A stretch of DNA of 64,000 bases from Bacteroidia bacterium (GTDB taxonomy: Bacteria; Bacteroidota; Bacteroidia; 2-12-FULL-35-15), in assembly GCA_030654175.1 (NCBI GenBank), contig JAURXZ010000030.1:588502-652501 (forward strand). The letters are read 5' to 3'. A program made the position numbers and the translations under genes. This document shows positions 15,968 to 25,318 of the stretch, in pieces. Below the pieces are notes generated by a model that searched no databases, was not told the origin of the DNA, and saw nothing but the letters and a program-made list of their open reading frames with translations. Positions within the stretch are counted from its first letter, which is position 1. Every line of letters begins with the position of its first letter.

Positions 15968-16354
15968 ATGAGTTATTATTTTTCAAAGATCGTCAATTAT
16001 GATTTTGACACAGCAATTACGAGAGTTGCTGAAGAACTAAAAAAAGAAGGTTTCGGTGTACTCACCGAAATTGATGTGAAAGAAACATTTAAAAAGAAAC
16101 TCGACATTGATTTTAAAAAATACCGAATCCTTGGCGCTTGCAATCCACATTTTGCTCATGAAGCAATACTTAAAGAAGACAAAATAGGCACGATGCTTCC
16201 TTGTAATGTAATTGTACAGGAGCATGAGAACGGAAAAGTAGAAGTTACTGCTGTTGACCCTGTTGCTTCGATGATGGCAGTAAAAAATGATTCGCTTGGC
16301 CATATAGCTTTGCAGGTAAGAGAAAAGCTTAACAAAGTGATAGAAAATCTTTAA
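15968..16354 (+). CDS. DUF302 family protein
   Basis: GFGVLTEIDV, YRILGACNP and MLPCNVIV motifs; start MSYYFSK. Confidence 0.9.
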   Translation: MSYYFSKIVNYDFDTAITRVAEELKKEGFGVLTEIDVKETFKKKLDIDFKKYRILGACNPHFAHEAILKEDKIGTMLPCNVIVQEHENGKVEVTAVDPVASMMAVKNDSLGHIALQVREKLNKVIENL

Positions 16355-16451
16355 TTCAAATTTTTTTTATCGAAACCCATTGTTATTTGATGTGATTGGT
16401 TATTGTCGTCAAATGTATTTTTCGACAAATTTTGAAAATAATTTCAACTAT

Positions 16452-16495
16452 GTAACAAAAGTCACTGTACAGCAAAATCTACCCCACTACCTTTG
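16452..16495 (+). promoter_or_regulatory. Palindromic GTAAC-N4-GTCAC site 22 bp upstream of TACCTTTG -7 box
   Basis: gtaacaaaagtcac 16452-16465; tacctttg 16488-16495. Confidence 0.65.
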
Positions 16496-16522
16496 TAATA
16501 CTAAATTTAAAAAACAAACAAA

Positions 16523-17890
16523 ATGGAAATCAAACAATTTGAGGATAAAAATTTAGCTCATTACTCTTATGCCATTGTAAGCAATGGAGAAATCGCTCTA
16601 ATAGATCCCGCAAGAAATCCTCAAGCCTATTATGATTTTGCAAAACAACAAAATGCTAAAATTACAGCAGTGATTGAAACACATCCTCATGCCGATTTTG
16701 TGAGCAGTCATTTGGAAATACACGAAACAACCGGTGCAACTATATACTCAAGCATATTATTAGGAGCCGAATATCCTCATAAAACTTTTGATGAAGGAGA
16801 TACAATTGATTTAGGCAAAATCACATTAAGATCATTAAATACGCCAGGGCATTCTCCTGATAGTATAAGTATTGTTGCTATTGATGAAAATGGAAAAGAA
16901 AAAGCAGTCTTCACCGGTGACACATTATTTATTGGTGATTGTGGAAGGCCTGACCTGAGAGAACAAGCCGGTGCAATTACAGCAGCGCGCGCTGATCTGG
17001 CAAAGCAGATGTATCATTCACTCCGCACTAAATTAATGACCTTGCCCGATGATGTGCTTTTATATCCTGCACATGGTGCCGGCAGCTTATGTGGAAAAGG
17101 TTTGAATGATCAAAGCAGCAGTACTATTGGTGCAGAAAAAATTGGTAATTGGTGCTTGCAAAATAAAAGTGAAACGGATTTTGTAAAAGAACTATTGGCG
17201 GATCAACCTTTTATTCCAAAGTACTTTCCGTTTGATGTTGCAGTGAATAAAAAAGGTGCAGAAGCATTTCAAACAAGCATTTCAAAAGTAGAGAAAAGAG
17301 AACCGGTTACCTGTAAAGGTTGTGCAAATTCACTTGATCCCGAAATTATAATAGTTGACACAAGACCTCAGGAACAATTCAAAAAAGCGCATTTGAAAAA
17401 TGCGATCAACCTGATGAATGATACAAAATTTGAAACCTGGTTGGGCAGCATCGTAAATCCGAATGAAAAATTTTATCTGGCTGCTGAAAATGAAGATGTT
17501 TTAAATCAACTGATTGAACGCTGCGCAAAAATTGGTTACGAAAAACAAATTGAAATGGCTTTTGTTTCAAATTACGGAACCATTGAAATGCCAAAGTTTG
17601 ACAGCAGTCAATTATTAAGCAACGAGGAAGCATTTACCATCATTGATGTCCGCAACGATTCGGAAGTAAAAACACAGGAGATCTTTGCAAATTCAATTCA
17701 CATACCTTTGCATGAACTTAGGGAGCGCACCAATGAAATACCGGTAAACAAACCAATAGTGGTTCATTGTGCTGCAGGTTACCGAAGCGCAGCAGGGAGC
17801 AGCATTATCCAATCTAAATTAAAAGAAAAAGCACAAGTATTTGACCTGGGCGAAGACGTAAAAAAATTCAAACATGAACTTCATAAATAA
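16523..17890 (+). CDS. MBL-fold persulfide dioxygenase-like protein with two rhodanese domains (CstB/Blh-like)
   Basis: ETHPHADFVS, TPGHS, FTGDTLF, PAHGAGSLCG; C-terminal rhodanese HCAAGYRS. Confidence 0.88.
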   Translation: MEIKQFEDKNLAHYSYAIVSNGEIALIDPARNPQAYYDFAKQQNAKITAVIETHPHADFVSSHLEIHETTGATIYSSILLGAEYPHKTFDEGDTIDLGKITLRSLNTPGHSPDSISIVAIDENGKEKAVFTGDTLFIGDCGRPDLREQAGAITAARADLAKQMYHSLRTKLMTLPDDVLLYPAHGAGSLCGKGLNDQSSSTIGAEKIGNWCLQNKSETDFVKELLADQPFIPKYFPFDVAVNKKGAEAFQTSISKVEKREPVTCKGCANSLDPEIIIVDTRPQEQFKKAHLKNAINLMNDTKFETWLGSIVNPNEKFYLAAENEDVLNQLIERCAKIGYEKQIEMAFVSNYGTIEMPKFDSSQLLSNEEAFTIIDVRNDSEVKTQEIFANSIHIPLHELRERTNEIPVNKPIVVHCAAGYRSAAGSSIIQSKLKEKAQVFDLGEDVKKFKHELHK

Positions 17891-18083
17891 TCATAAACTC
17901 ACACTAATAGGAATCGTTATTGGAGCTATTGCCGGCTACCTCTACTACTATTATGTTGGCTGTGCAAGCGGCACCTGCGCCATCACATCAAAGCCTTTGA
18001 ACAGTACATTATATGGCGCGATGATGGGTGGGCTATTATTAAATTTATTTAAAAAAGAAAAAACTAAAACAGAAGAAAAATGA
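17874..18083 (+). CDS. Small membrane protein (DUF6132-like)
   Basis: Two TM segments around VGCASGTCAITSKP. Confidence 0.8.
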   Translation: MNFINNHKLTLIGIVIGAIAGYLYYYYVGCASGTCAITSKPLNSTLYGAMMGGLLLNLFKKEKTKTEEK

Positions 18084-18352
18084 AAACAGACGAAATCACT
18101 GTTGCCAATTTAAAATGCAACGGTTGTGCTTCAACAATTAAAAAAGAATTGTTAAAGATCGAAGGTATAAAAAGTGTAGAAGTTGCAATTGAAAAAGATA
18201 CCATCACATTATCACATGAAAATGTTTCCAGAGACACCATAATAAACAAACTTCATTCACTTGGTTACCCCGAGGCAACTGAAAAAAATGGTTTACTATT
18301 ACAATTGAAAAGTTATACCAGCTGTATGATCGGAAAAATTAATACTATTTAA
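18080..18352 (+). CDS. Heavy-metal-associated (HMA) domain protein
   Basis: NLKCNGC metal-binding CxxC and LGY motif. Confidence 0.85.
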   Translation: MKTDEITVANLKCNGCASTIKKELLKIEGIKSVEVAIEKDTITLSHENVSRDTIINKLHSLGYPEATEKNGLLLQLKSYTSCMIGKINTI

Positions 18353-18362
18353 AAGGATAGAA

Positions 18363-18647
18363 ATGAATATCGAAAAAATCATTAAAGAAAAACAAGGCAC
18401 CATCGTAGATGTGCGTTCAGCAGAAGAATTCAGCGGTGGACATGTTGCAGGCTCCATCAATATTCCATTGCAGGAAATTCCGCAACGGATAGAAGAAATA
18501 AAAAACCTAAAAACCCCTTTAGTTCTGTGTTGTGCCTCCGGTAACCGAAGCGGACAAGCGCACCGCTATCTTATACAACAAGGCATTGAATGTTACAATG
18601 GCGGCTCTTGGCAAGACGTAAATCAGTATCAACCACAAACACTTTAA
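18363..18647 (+). CDS. Rhodanese-like sulfurtransferase
   Basis: IVDVRS, GHVAGSINIP, CCASGNRS. Confidence 0.9.
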   Translation: MNIEKIIKEKQGTIVDVRSAEEFSGGHVAGSINIPLQEIPQRIEEIKNLKTPLVLCCASGNRSGQAHRYLIQQGIECYNGGSWQDVNQYQPQTL

Positions 18648-18651
18648 TAAA

Positions 18652-18969
18652 ATGTTAAACACAATAAAAAAAATATTTGGAATCGGTCCCAAAGTGGACT
18701 ATGCAGAACTAGTAAAAAAAGGAGCCATCATTTTGGATGTTCGCAGTAGTGGTGAATATTCAGGCGGGCATGTAAAAGGATCAATTAATATTCCGGTGGA
18801 CCAGTTGAATAAAAACTTAAGCAAACTGAAAGACAAAAACAAACCCATCATTACCGTTTGCGCATCGGGTATGCGAAGCGCATCAGCAAAAAGTATTCTA
18901 AAATCAAATGGCTATACTCAGGTATACAATGGTGGCAGTTGGGGTAGCCTGCAAAACAAATTAAGATGA
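18652..18969 (+). CDS. Rhodanese-like sulfurtransferase
   Basis: ILDVRS, GHVKGSINIP, VCASGMRS. Confidence 0.9.
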   Translation: MLNTIKKIFGIGPKVDYAELVKKGAIILDVRSSGEYSGGHVKGSINIPVDQLNKNLSKLKDKNKPIITVCASGMRSASAKSILKSNGYTQVYNGGSWGSLQNKLR

Positions 18970-19217
18970 TAAAACAAACTCTTTTTACCGGTTGGAATTT
19001 TATGCGGTGGCTTCGGTTAGGATTGGGTGTATTTATTGCCATACAAGCAATACAAACTCATGACACACTCGCAGGCTTTATAGCAGCGTTCTTTTTATTT
19101 CAGGCGGTCACAAACACCGGCTGCTGCGGAAGTAATGGTTGCACAGTGCCCACTCCCAAAAACGATCCCGACAATATTGAAGATGTTAAGTTCGAAGAAA
19201 TAAAAACAAAAGTATAA
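18966..19217 (+). CDS. Small Cys-containing membrane protein (YgaP/DUF2892-like)
   Basis: WNFMRWLRLGLG, TM helices, GCCGSNGC tail. Confidence 0.7.
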   Translation: MIKQTLFTGWNFMRWLRLGLGVFIAIQAIQTHDTLAGFIAAFFLFQAVTNTGCCGSNGCTVPTPKNDPDNIEDVKFEEIKTKV

Positions 19218-19242
19218 TTAGTAATAATTAAAAATTAAAAAA

Positions 19243-19551
19243 ATGGCAGCAACATTTTCTGAAATAATAAAAAGCGATACCCCTACTTTGGTTGATTTTT
19301 CTGCCGAATGGTGCGGTCCCTGCAAAATGATGAAACCAATTCTGGAACAATTAAAAACGCTCATTGGCAACAAAGCAATCATTTTAAAAATTGACGTGGA
19401 CAAAAATCCAAAAGTATCAAGTGCTTACCAAATTCAAGGAGTGCCAACACTCATCCTATTCAAGAATGGAGAAATAAAATGGAGGCAATCAGGAGTGGTT
19501 CAAGCGGAACAATTAAAAAACATCATTCAATCTTTTTCGAATGTTGCTTAA
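19243..19551 (+). CDS. trxA: Thioredoxin
   Basis: WCGPC active site; GVPTL. Confidence 0.9.
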   Translation: MAATFSEIIKSDTPTLVDFSAEWCGPCKMMKPILEQLKTLIGNKAIILKIDVDKNPKVSSAYQIQGVPTLILFKNGEIKWRQSGVVQAEQLKNIIQSFSNVA

Positions 19552-19924
19552 GAATATTTTATATTCTACCCTTTGGAATAAATGTCCGCAATGTCATCAG
19601 ACAAATGTGTTCCTGACAAACAATGCCTATAATTTAAAAAAGTTCGACAAAATGCATACTTCATGTGCCTGTTGTGGAGTAACCTATGAAAAAGAACCCG
19701 GATTTTTTCAGGGGGCAATGTATGTAAGTTATGCCTTAATGGTTGGTTGGTTTGTTCTTACATGGGCTGCCGATTCTTTCCTTTTAAAATCTGAAACATG
19801 GCAATACTTAACTTTTGTGATCAGCACAATAATTCTATTTATGCCGCTAACCTTTCGTATTTCCCGTTTACTTTGGTTGAACTTTTTTATTAAGTATGAT
19901 AAAAACAAAACTACCTGCAAATAA
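19541..19924 (+). CDS. DUF983 family Zn-ribbon membrane protein
   Basis: [27 protein letters not shown]. Confidence 0.85.
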   Translation: MLLKNILYSTLWNKCPQCHQTNVFLTNNAYNLKKFDKMHTSCACCGVTYEKEPGFFQGAMYVSYALMVGWFVLTWAADSFLLKSETWQYLTFVISTIILFMPLTFRISRLLWLNFFIKYDKNKTTCK

Positions 19925-19948
19925 AAATCACTAAAACAATATAACGTT

Positions 19949-20665
19949 ATGAAATTTTTTTACTCTTTACTTATTGTATCAGCAGCTTTATTTAACAGTT
20001 GCTCCAATGGACAAACAGGCACTACCAAAACAGATCTATCTCCAACAGAATTTGCAGAAAAAATTAAAGAGCTACCATCTGCGCCCATAATAGATGCACG
20101 AACACCCGGAGAATTTGAAAAAGGACATTTGCCAAACGCAAAAAACATTGACTGGAATGGAAATGATTTTGACCAACAGATCGCAACTCTTGATAAATCG
20201 AAACCTGTTTTTGTTTATTGTTTAAGTGGTGGAAGAAGTTCTTCAGCAGCAAAAAAAATGCGTTCTGAAGGATTTAAAGAAGTGTATGAACTAAAGGGTG
20301 GAATAATGAAATGGAGAGCAGCCAACCTCCCTGAAAGCGCTGACAACACAAGTCCTTCAACGGGTCTAAACAAACAGCAATTTGAAGAACTATCCAAATC
20401 TCACAAGACTGTTCTGATAGATTTTTATGCAGACTGGTGTGGACCCTGCAAAAAAATGAAACCTTATTTGGATGAAATTTCAAACGACATGTCAGCAACA
20501 GTTAAAGTGGTCCGAATCAATGCAGATGAAAACCCCGAGCTATGCCAAGAATTAAACATTGATGCATTGCCGACTTTACAACTCTATAAAAATGGAATTC
20601 GTACCTGGGAAAACATGGGCTACATTGAAAAGGCAGAAGTAGTGAGCCAAATAAATAAACCCTAA
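19949..20665 (+). CDS. Lipoprotein with rhodanese and thioredoxin domains
   Basis: Lipobox FNSC; YCLSGGRS; WCGPC. Confidence 0.88.
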   Translation: MKFFYSLLIVSAALFNSCSNGQTGTTKTDLSPTEFAEKIKELPSAPIIDARTPGEFEKGHLPNAKNIDWNGNDFDQQIATLDKSKPVFVYCLSGGRSSSAAKKMRSEGFKEVYELKGGIMKWRAANLPESADNTSPSTGLNKQQFEELSKSHKTVLIDFYADWCGPCKKMKPYLDEISNDMSATVKVVRINADENPELCQELNIDALPTLQLYKNGIRTWENMGYIEKAEVVSQINKP

Positions 20666-20722
20666 AACAAACTAATACCAGGTAAACCGGAATGCTATTT
20701 TTCTAATCGCGCTTGATATTAC

Positions 20723-22021
20723 TTAATTGCGTGACAATAAAAAATCTTTCAATTCTTTAAATTCGGGCTTTATAATAGTGCTTTCTTTTTTTAACTTAAA
20801 AAGATGTTGTACCGAAGCCGGTATCGCTATTGTATCTATAATAATATTTTGTACTACATCATCAAACTTAACCGGATGTGCTGTTTCAAGAATAAGACCT
20901 TTTTGATTGGGGTGTTGTCCTAAATAATCCTGAAGTCCTTTATAAGCAACAGCTCCATGAGGCTCTAAAAGATAACTATATTTTTTATATACTTCCAAAA
21001 TCGTTTCTGCACTTGCTGTATCGCTTACACAACAATTGCTTATCATCTCTTTTACATGTTTATGATTGTGAGCAAACAATTCCAATAACCGAACAAAATT
21101 ACTTGGATTACCAACATCCATTGCATTAGAAATAGTGGCAACCGCAGTTTTCGGAATAAACGTTTTATTGATAATATAATTAGAAAACACATCATTACTA
21201 TTGCAGGCGGCAATAAAATGTTTGATCGGTGCCCCGGAAAAATAAGCAAGTAAGCCCGCGCAAATATTTCCGAAATTACCACTGGGAACGCTTATCACAG
21301 GAGGTGATTCGTGTTGCCACTGCTGTAATGCATAAAAATAATAAAACTGTTGGGGCAGCCAACGTGCAACATTTATAGAATTGGCAGAAGTAAGAGAAAG
21401 ATGTTTGTTCAACGATTCATCCGAAAAGGCTTGTTTTACCATACTTTGGCAATCATCAAACGTCCCCTGAACCTCAAGTGCAGTAATATTTTTCCCGAGC
21501 GTTGTTAATTGCAATTCCTGTATCTTACTTACTTTTCCCGATGGATAAAGAATTACAACATCTACCCCTTTTACATCTAAAAAACCATTTGCGACTGCAC
21601 TCCCCGTATCTCCGGAAGTAGCCACCAATACGGTTATTTTTTTATCATTTCCTTCAGAAAAATGACTCAAACAACGACTCATAAATCGTGCGCCAACATC
21701 CTTAAACGCTAATGTAGGCCCATGAAAAAGCTCAAGTGAATAAATACTTTCTGTAATTTTTTTTAATGGGAAATCAAAATTTACGGTCTCTTCGCAGATC
21801 GTATATAGATCCTCTTCGGGTATTGTATTTCCGATATAAGGCCTGATCACTTCGAAAGCAATTTCTCCTTTTGTTTTAGAATTCAATCTTTTAAAAAAAT
21901 CTGCAGAAAGCACAGGTATCTGTTCCGGAAAGTATAATCCTTTATCAGGTGCCTGCCCTGTTATTGCTGCTTCTTTAAAAGTTACAGGAGGTGATTGTTT
22001 ATTGATGCTGTAAAATAACAT
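20723..22021 (-). CDS. thrC: Threonine synthase
   Basis: ELFHGPTLAFKDVG, ATSGDTG, SANSIN, VPSGNFGN, ETAHPVKF; likely start MLFYSINK at 22021. Confidence 0.95.
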   Translation of the reverse strand: MLFYSINKQSPPVTFKEAAITGQAPDKGLYFPEQIPVLSADFFKRLNSKTKGEIAFEVIRPYIGNTIPEEDLYTICEETVNFDFPLKKITESIYSLELFHGPTLAFKDVGARFMSRCLSHFSEGNDKKITVLVATSGDTGSAVANGFLDVKGVDVVILYPSGKVSKIQELQLTTLGKNITALEVQGTFDDCQSMVKQAFSDESLNKHLSLTSANSINVARWLPQQFYYFYALQQWQHESPPVISVPSGNFGNICAGLLAYFSGAPIKHFIAACNSNDVFSNYIINKTFIPKTAVATISNAMDVGNPSNFVRLLELFAHNHKHVKEMISNCCVSDTASAETILEVYKKYSYLLEPHGAVAYKGLQDYLGQHPNQKGLILETAHPVKFDDVVQNIIIDTIAIPASVQHLFKLKKESTIIKPEFKELKDFLLSRN

Positions 22022-22216
22022 GAATTGATTGTTTTGTTTTATCAACGAAAGCCAAAATTTCTGATACAAGTTTACATATTTTTTTATTGGAACCACATAT
22101 TAAGTGTATCGAAGAATTAAAAAAAACTACGTTGAAATTTTCAATAACAGAAACACTTTTTTGAAAAACTTTTTTCTTCTTCCCACCGGGGACAATGATA
22201 AAAGACAATGCTTTCT

Positions 22217-22260
22217 GTGACTAAAATCATCTGCTAATTTCCTTTCTCTGCTTTTCTTTG
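22217..22260 (+). promoter_or_regulatory. GTGAC-N4-ATCAT site 22 bp upstream of a degenerate -7 box
   Basis: gtgactaaaatcat 22217-22230; tttctttg 22253-22260. Confidence 0.5.
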
Positions 22261-22314
22261 TGTGTTGAAAGCATGCAGGACAAAGCACCTGTTACACGAT
22301 GAATATATTGAACC

Positions 22315-23160
22315 ATGAAAATACTTTCGCCAACGGATTTTTCAAAATTATCTAACATTGCAGTTCGGTATGCCGGTAAATTAGCAAAGAAACTGAATGC
22401 GGAGCTTATTCTCCTTCATGTGGTATATATTGATGCCCCGCCACGTGCACAAGCAACATTAAAAACACGCCAGATCCTCGATGCGATGGCTGATAACGCT
22501 AAACAGGATTTCACTCAGCTTATTAATGAGATCAAAAGCGAAGCCGGAAATAAAATAAATGTAAGTCATCATATTGCATTAGGTTACCCTGTAGAAGATG
22601 TTATAAAAACATTTGCACAGCATAACACTATAGACCTGATCATTATGGGAATGAAAGGCTCAAGCGGATTAAAAAAAATGTTAATAGGAAGTACTGCGGT
22701 AGCCGTTATGGGTAGTAGCCGCATTCCTGTTATCACTATTCCTGAACATGCGCGGTTTAACGCAATTAAAAGCATTGTATACCCTTCGGATATGCATGCA
22801 ATATCCCTTGAGGTTAAAAACCTTATTCAATTTGCGAAATTATTTAACGCCTCAATCCATATATTACATGTTGTTTCAACGGATTCAAAAAAGAAAATTG
22901 ACCGGTTAAAGATCAAAAACAAGCTGATAAGTAAATACAACTATCCTCGCATATCTTTCCATATTTCTGTGAATGACCAAGTAACAGAGGCAATAGATGA
23001 ATACGCTGCAGATACAAAAGCTGATCTGCTGGCTATGTTCACACACAAACCAACCTTCTTTGAAAAGCTATTCGGCCAAAGTATAACACGGGAAATGGCT
23101 TTTCATGGTTGGATCCCCTTGCTTGCAATAAAAAAAAACAAAACCATCCAAACAGAATAA
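22315..23160 (+). CDS. Universal stress protein (tandem Usp domains)
   Basis: ILSPTDFS, DLIIMGMKGSSG...IGSTA, IPVITIP. Confidence 0.92.
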   Translation: MKILSPTDFSKLSNIAVRYAGKLAKKLNAELILLHVVYIDAPPRAQATLKTRQILDAMADNAKQDFTQLINEIKSEAGNKINVSHHIALGYPVEDVIKTFAQHNTIDLIIMGMKGSSGLKKMLIGSTAVAVMGSSRIPVITIPEHARFNAIKSIVYPSDMHAISLEVKNLIQFAKLFNASIHILHVVSTDSKKKIDRLKIKNKLISKYNYPRISFHISVNDQVTEAIDEYAADTKADLLAMFTHKPTFFEKLFGQSITREMAFHGWIPLLAIKKNKTIQTE

Positions 23161-23164
23161 AGTT

Positions 23165-24271
23165 ATGAAAGGCTCAATTAAAATAGGAAAAGTAGCGGGT
23201 ATCGGTATATATATACACTGGACCTTTACCTTACTAATCGCATTCATCATTTTCAGTAATTACCGTGCAGGACAGAATTTCGAACAAATATTATGGTCCA
23301 TAATTTTTGTATTGAGCATATTTGTTACCGTTCTATTACATGAACTCGGTCATGCGCTAGCAGCAAAAAGATATCATATTAATACCAAAGACATCACACT
23401 ATTGCCTATTGGTGGCCTCGCACGATTGGAATCCTTACCGGAAAAACCCAAAGAAGAATTAGTGGTGGCCATTGCCGGACCTGCAGTTAATTTAGTTTTA
23501 GCCCTTATTACCGCACTATTTATCACAATACCCGAAGCAGAAGATTTAACCATTCAATTATCAAGCGGAATTAACAGTGGCAATTTTTTTCTTAATTTTT
23601 TTATTGTAAATGTCTGGCTGGCCCTTTTCAACTTAATCCCGGCCTTCCCTATGGATGGCGGACGAATGCTTAGGGCTCTACTCGCCATGAAATTTGAAAG
23701 ATATATAGCCACAAATATCGCTGCACGAATAGGACAAATATTTGCAATAGTTTTCGTTTTCCTTGGAGTTTTTATTAATCCATTCTTGGTTTTTATCGGG
23801 CTGTTTGTTTTCTTAGCAGCAAAGGCTGAATCAGAATATACACAGACAAAATCATTGCTTCATGGGTACAAGGTCAAAGATGTAATGATGAAGCAATATA
23901 ATTCCATTGATGCCGGTCAGCCGATCAAAACAGCCGTAAAAGCACTTCTCGATGGTCAATCTAAAAATTTCCTGGTAACCGAAAACTCCCATTCGGTAGG
24001 CACTTTAAGCCGGGATGAAATAATAAGGGCACTTGCTGAACAAGGAGAAAATGAGCTAATCTATAAAGTGATGAACAAGGACCTGATTATATTAGATGCT
24101 GATGCGCCCCTTGAAAACGCTTATCAGCAGGTGCAGGAAAACAAATCAACTTTAATGCCTGTAGTTGAAAACAACAGACTGATAGGAGCAATAGACACAG
24201 AAAACATTTTAGAATTTATTATGGCGAATGACGCTCAGGCGAAAAGCGCATATAACGGACAAAAATTTTAA
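23165..24271 (+). CDS. Site-2 protease (M50) with CBS domains
   Basis: HELGH, AGPAVN, FNLIPAFPMDGGR; C-terminal CBS pair. Confidence 0.93.
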   Translation: MKGSIKIGKVAGIGIYIHWTFTLLIAFIIFSNYRAGQNFEQILWSIIFVLSIFVTVLLHELGHALAAKRYHINTKDITLLPIGGLARLESLPEKPKEELVVAIAGPAVNLVLALITALFITIPEAEDLTIQLSSGINSGNFFLNFFIVNVWLALFNLIPAFPMDGGRMLRALLAMKFERYIATNIAARIGQIFAIVFVFLGVFINPFLVFIGLFVFLAAKAESEYTQTKSLLHGYKVKDVMMKQYNSIDAGQPIKTAVKALLDGQSKNFLVTENSHSVGTLSRDEIIRALAEQGENELIYKVMNKDLIILDADAPLENAYQQVQENKSTLMPVVENNRLIGAIDTENILEFIMANDAQAKSAYNGQKF

Positions 24272-24310
24272 AATCAATTTTGTCACATTAATTTTTCAGA
24301 TTTCCTCTTC

Positions 24311-25318
24311 ATGAATAACCTGTATTCAGACCTTTTTGGATTTATACTCTGCGCGTCTGTAATTATTATAAGTGGTTCACGTTTATCAAAATATGGTGAT
24401 CTGCTAGCCGATATGATGGGATGGGGGAAAATGTTTGTGGGGCTTATTCTTATGGCTACAATAACATCAATGCCAGAGTTAATGACAGGAATAAGTTCTA
24501 TTGTTATTGTGGATGCACCAAACCTTGCTGTTGGCGATATTGTGGGAAGCTGTGCTTTCAATATTCTGATTATCTCCGTAATGGACCTGTTTTACGATTC
24601 CAAAAAGCCGCTAACATCTGTTGCACAAACAGGACACGTTATCGCTGCATCTTTCGGGATTATGATGCTAACCCTGGTTGCATTCGCGATTTTAATGCCC
24701 GGCATTTTTGGCAAAATAGCATGGATAGGTGGATTCAGCATATTTTTTCTTATACTCTATTTTATTGCAATGCGCACGCTGTTTCTATACGTAAAAAAAC
24801 AACCGGTTGCTAAAGAGAAGGAACGATCCTATTCTTTAACGTTAAAACAAGTTGTTTTCAAATATGCTGTGAATGCCACTTTTGTAATAATAGCCGCTTT
24901 GGGGCTCCCTTACTTCGGAAAACATCTTGCCGCAGCGAGCGGACTAGGGCAGAGTTTCTTCGGCACATTATTCATAGCCGCCTCTACATCACTTCCTGAA
25001 CTTGTTGTTTCTGTTGCAGCTATTCGTATGGGAACGATTGACCTTGCCATAGGAAATATTTTCGGCAGTAATCTTTTTAATATTTGTATTTTTACGATTG
25101 ACGATATTTTATACACAAAAGGACCTATCTTCCTGTATACAAATCCGAATCACATAATCCCTGTACTAAGCACAATTATCATCACTGCAATAGGTATTTC
25201 CGGTATCGTTTTCAGGTCTGAAAAAAAATGGAAACTGGCGTTGGATACAGGAGCAATTGTACTTGTATATATATTAATGATGGTGGTGTTGTATTATAAA
25301 AATAAAACTGTTACGTAA
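24311..25318 (+). CDS. Na+/Ca2+ (CaCA family) antiporter
   Basis: Two alpha repeats TSMPE and TSLPE; GNIFGSN. Confidence 0.9.
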   Translation: MNNLYSDLFGFILCASVIIISGSRLSKYGDLLADMMGWGKMFVGLILMATITSMPELMTGISSIVIVDAPNLAVGDIVGSCAFNILIISVMDLFYDSKKPLTSVAQTGHVIAASFGIMMLTLVAFAILMPGIFGKIAWIGGFSIFFLILYFIAMRTLFLYVKKQPVAKEKERSYSLTLKQVVFKYAVNATFVIIAALGLPYFGKHLAAASGLGQSFFGTLFIAASTSLPELVVSVAAIRMGTIDLAIGNIFGSNLFNICIFTIDDILYTKGPIFLYTNPNHIIPVLSTIIITAIGISGIVFRSEKKWKLALDTGAIVLVYILMMVVLYYKNKTVT

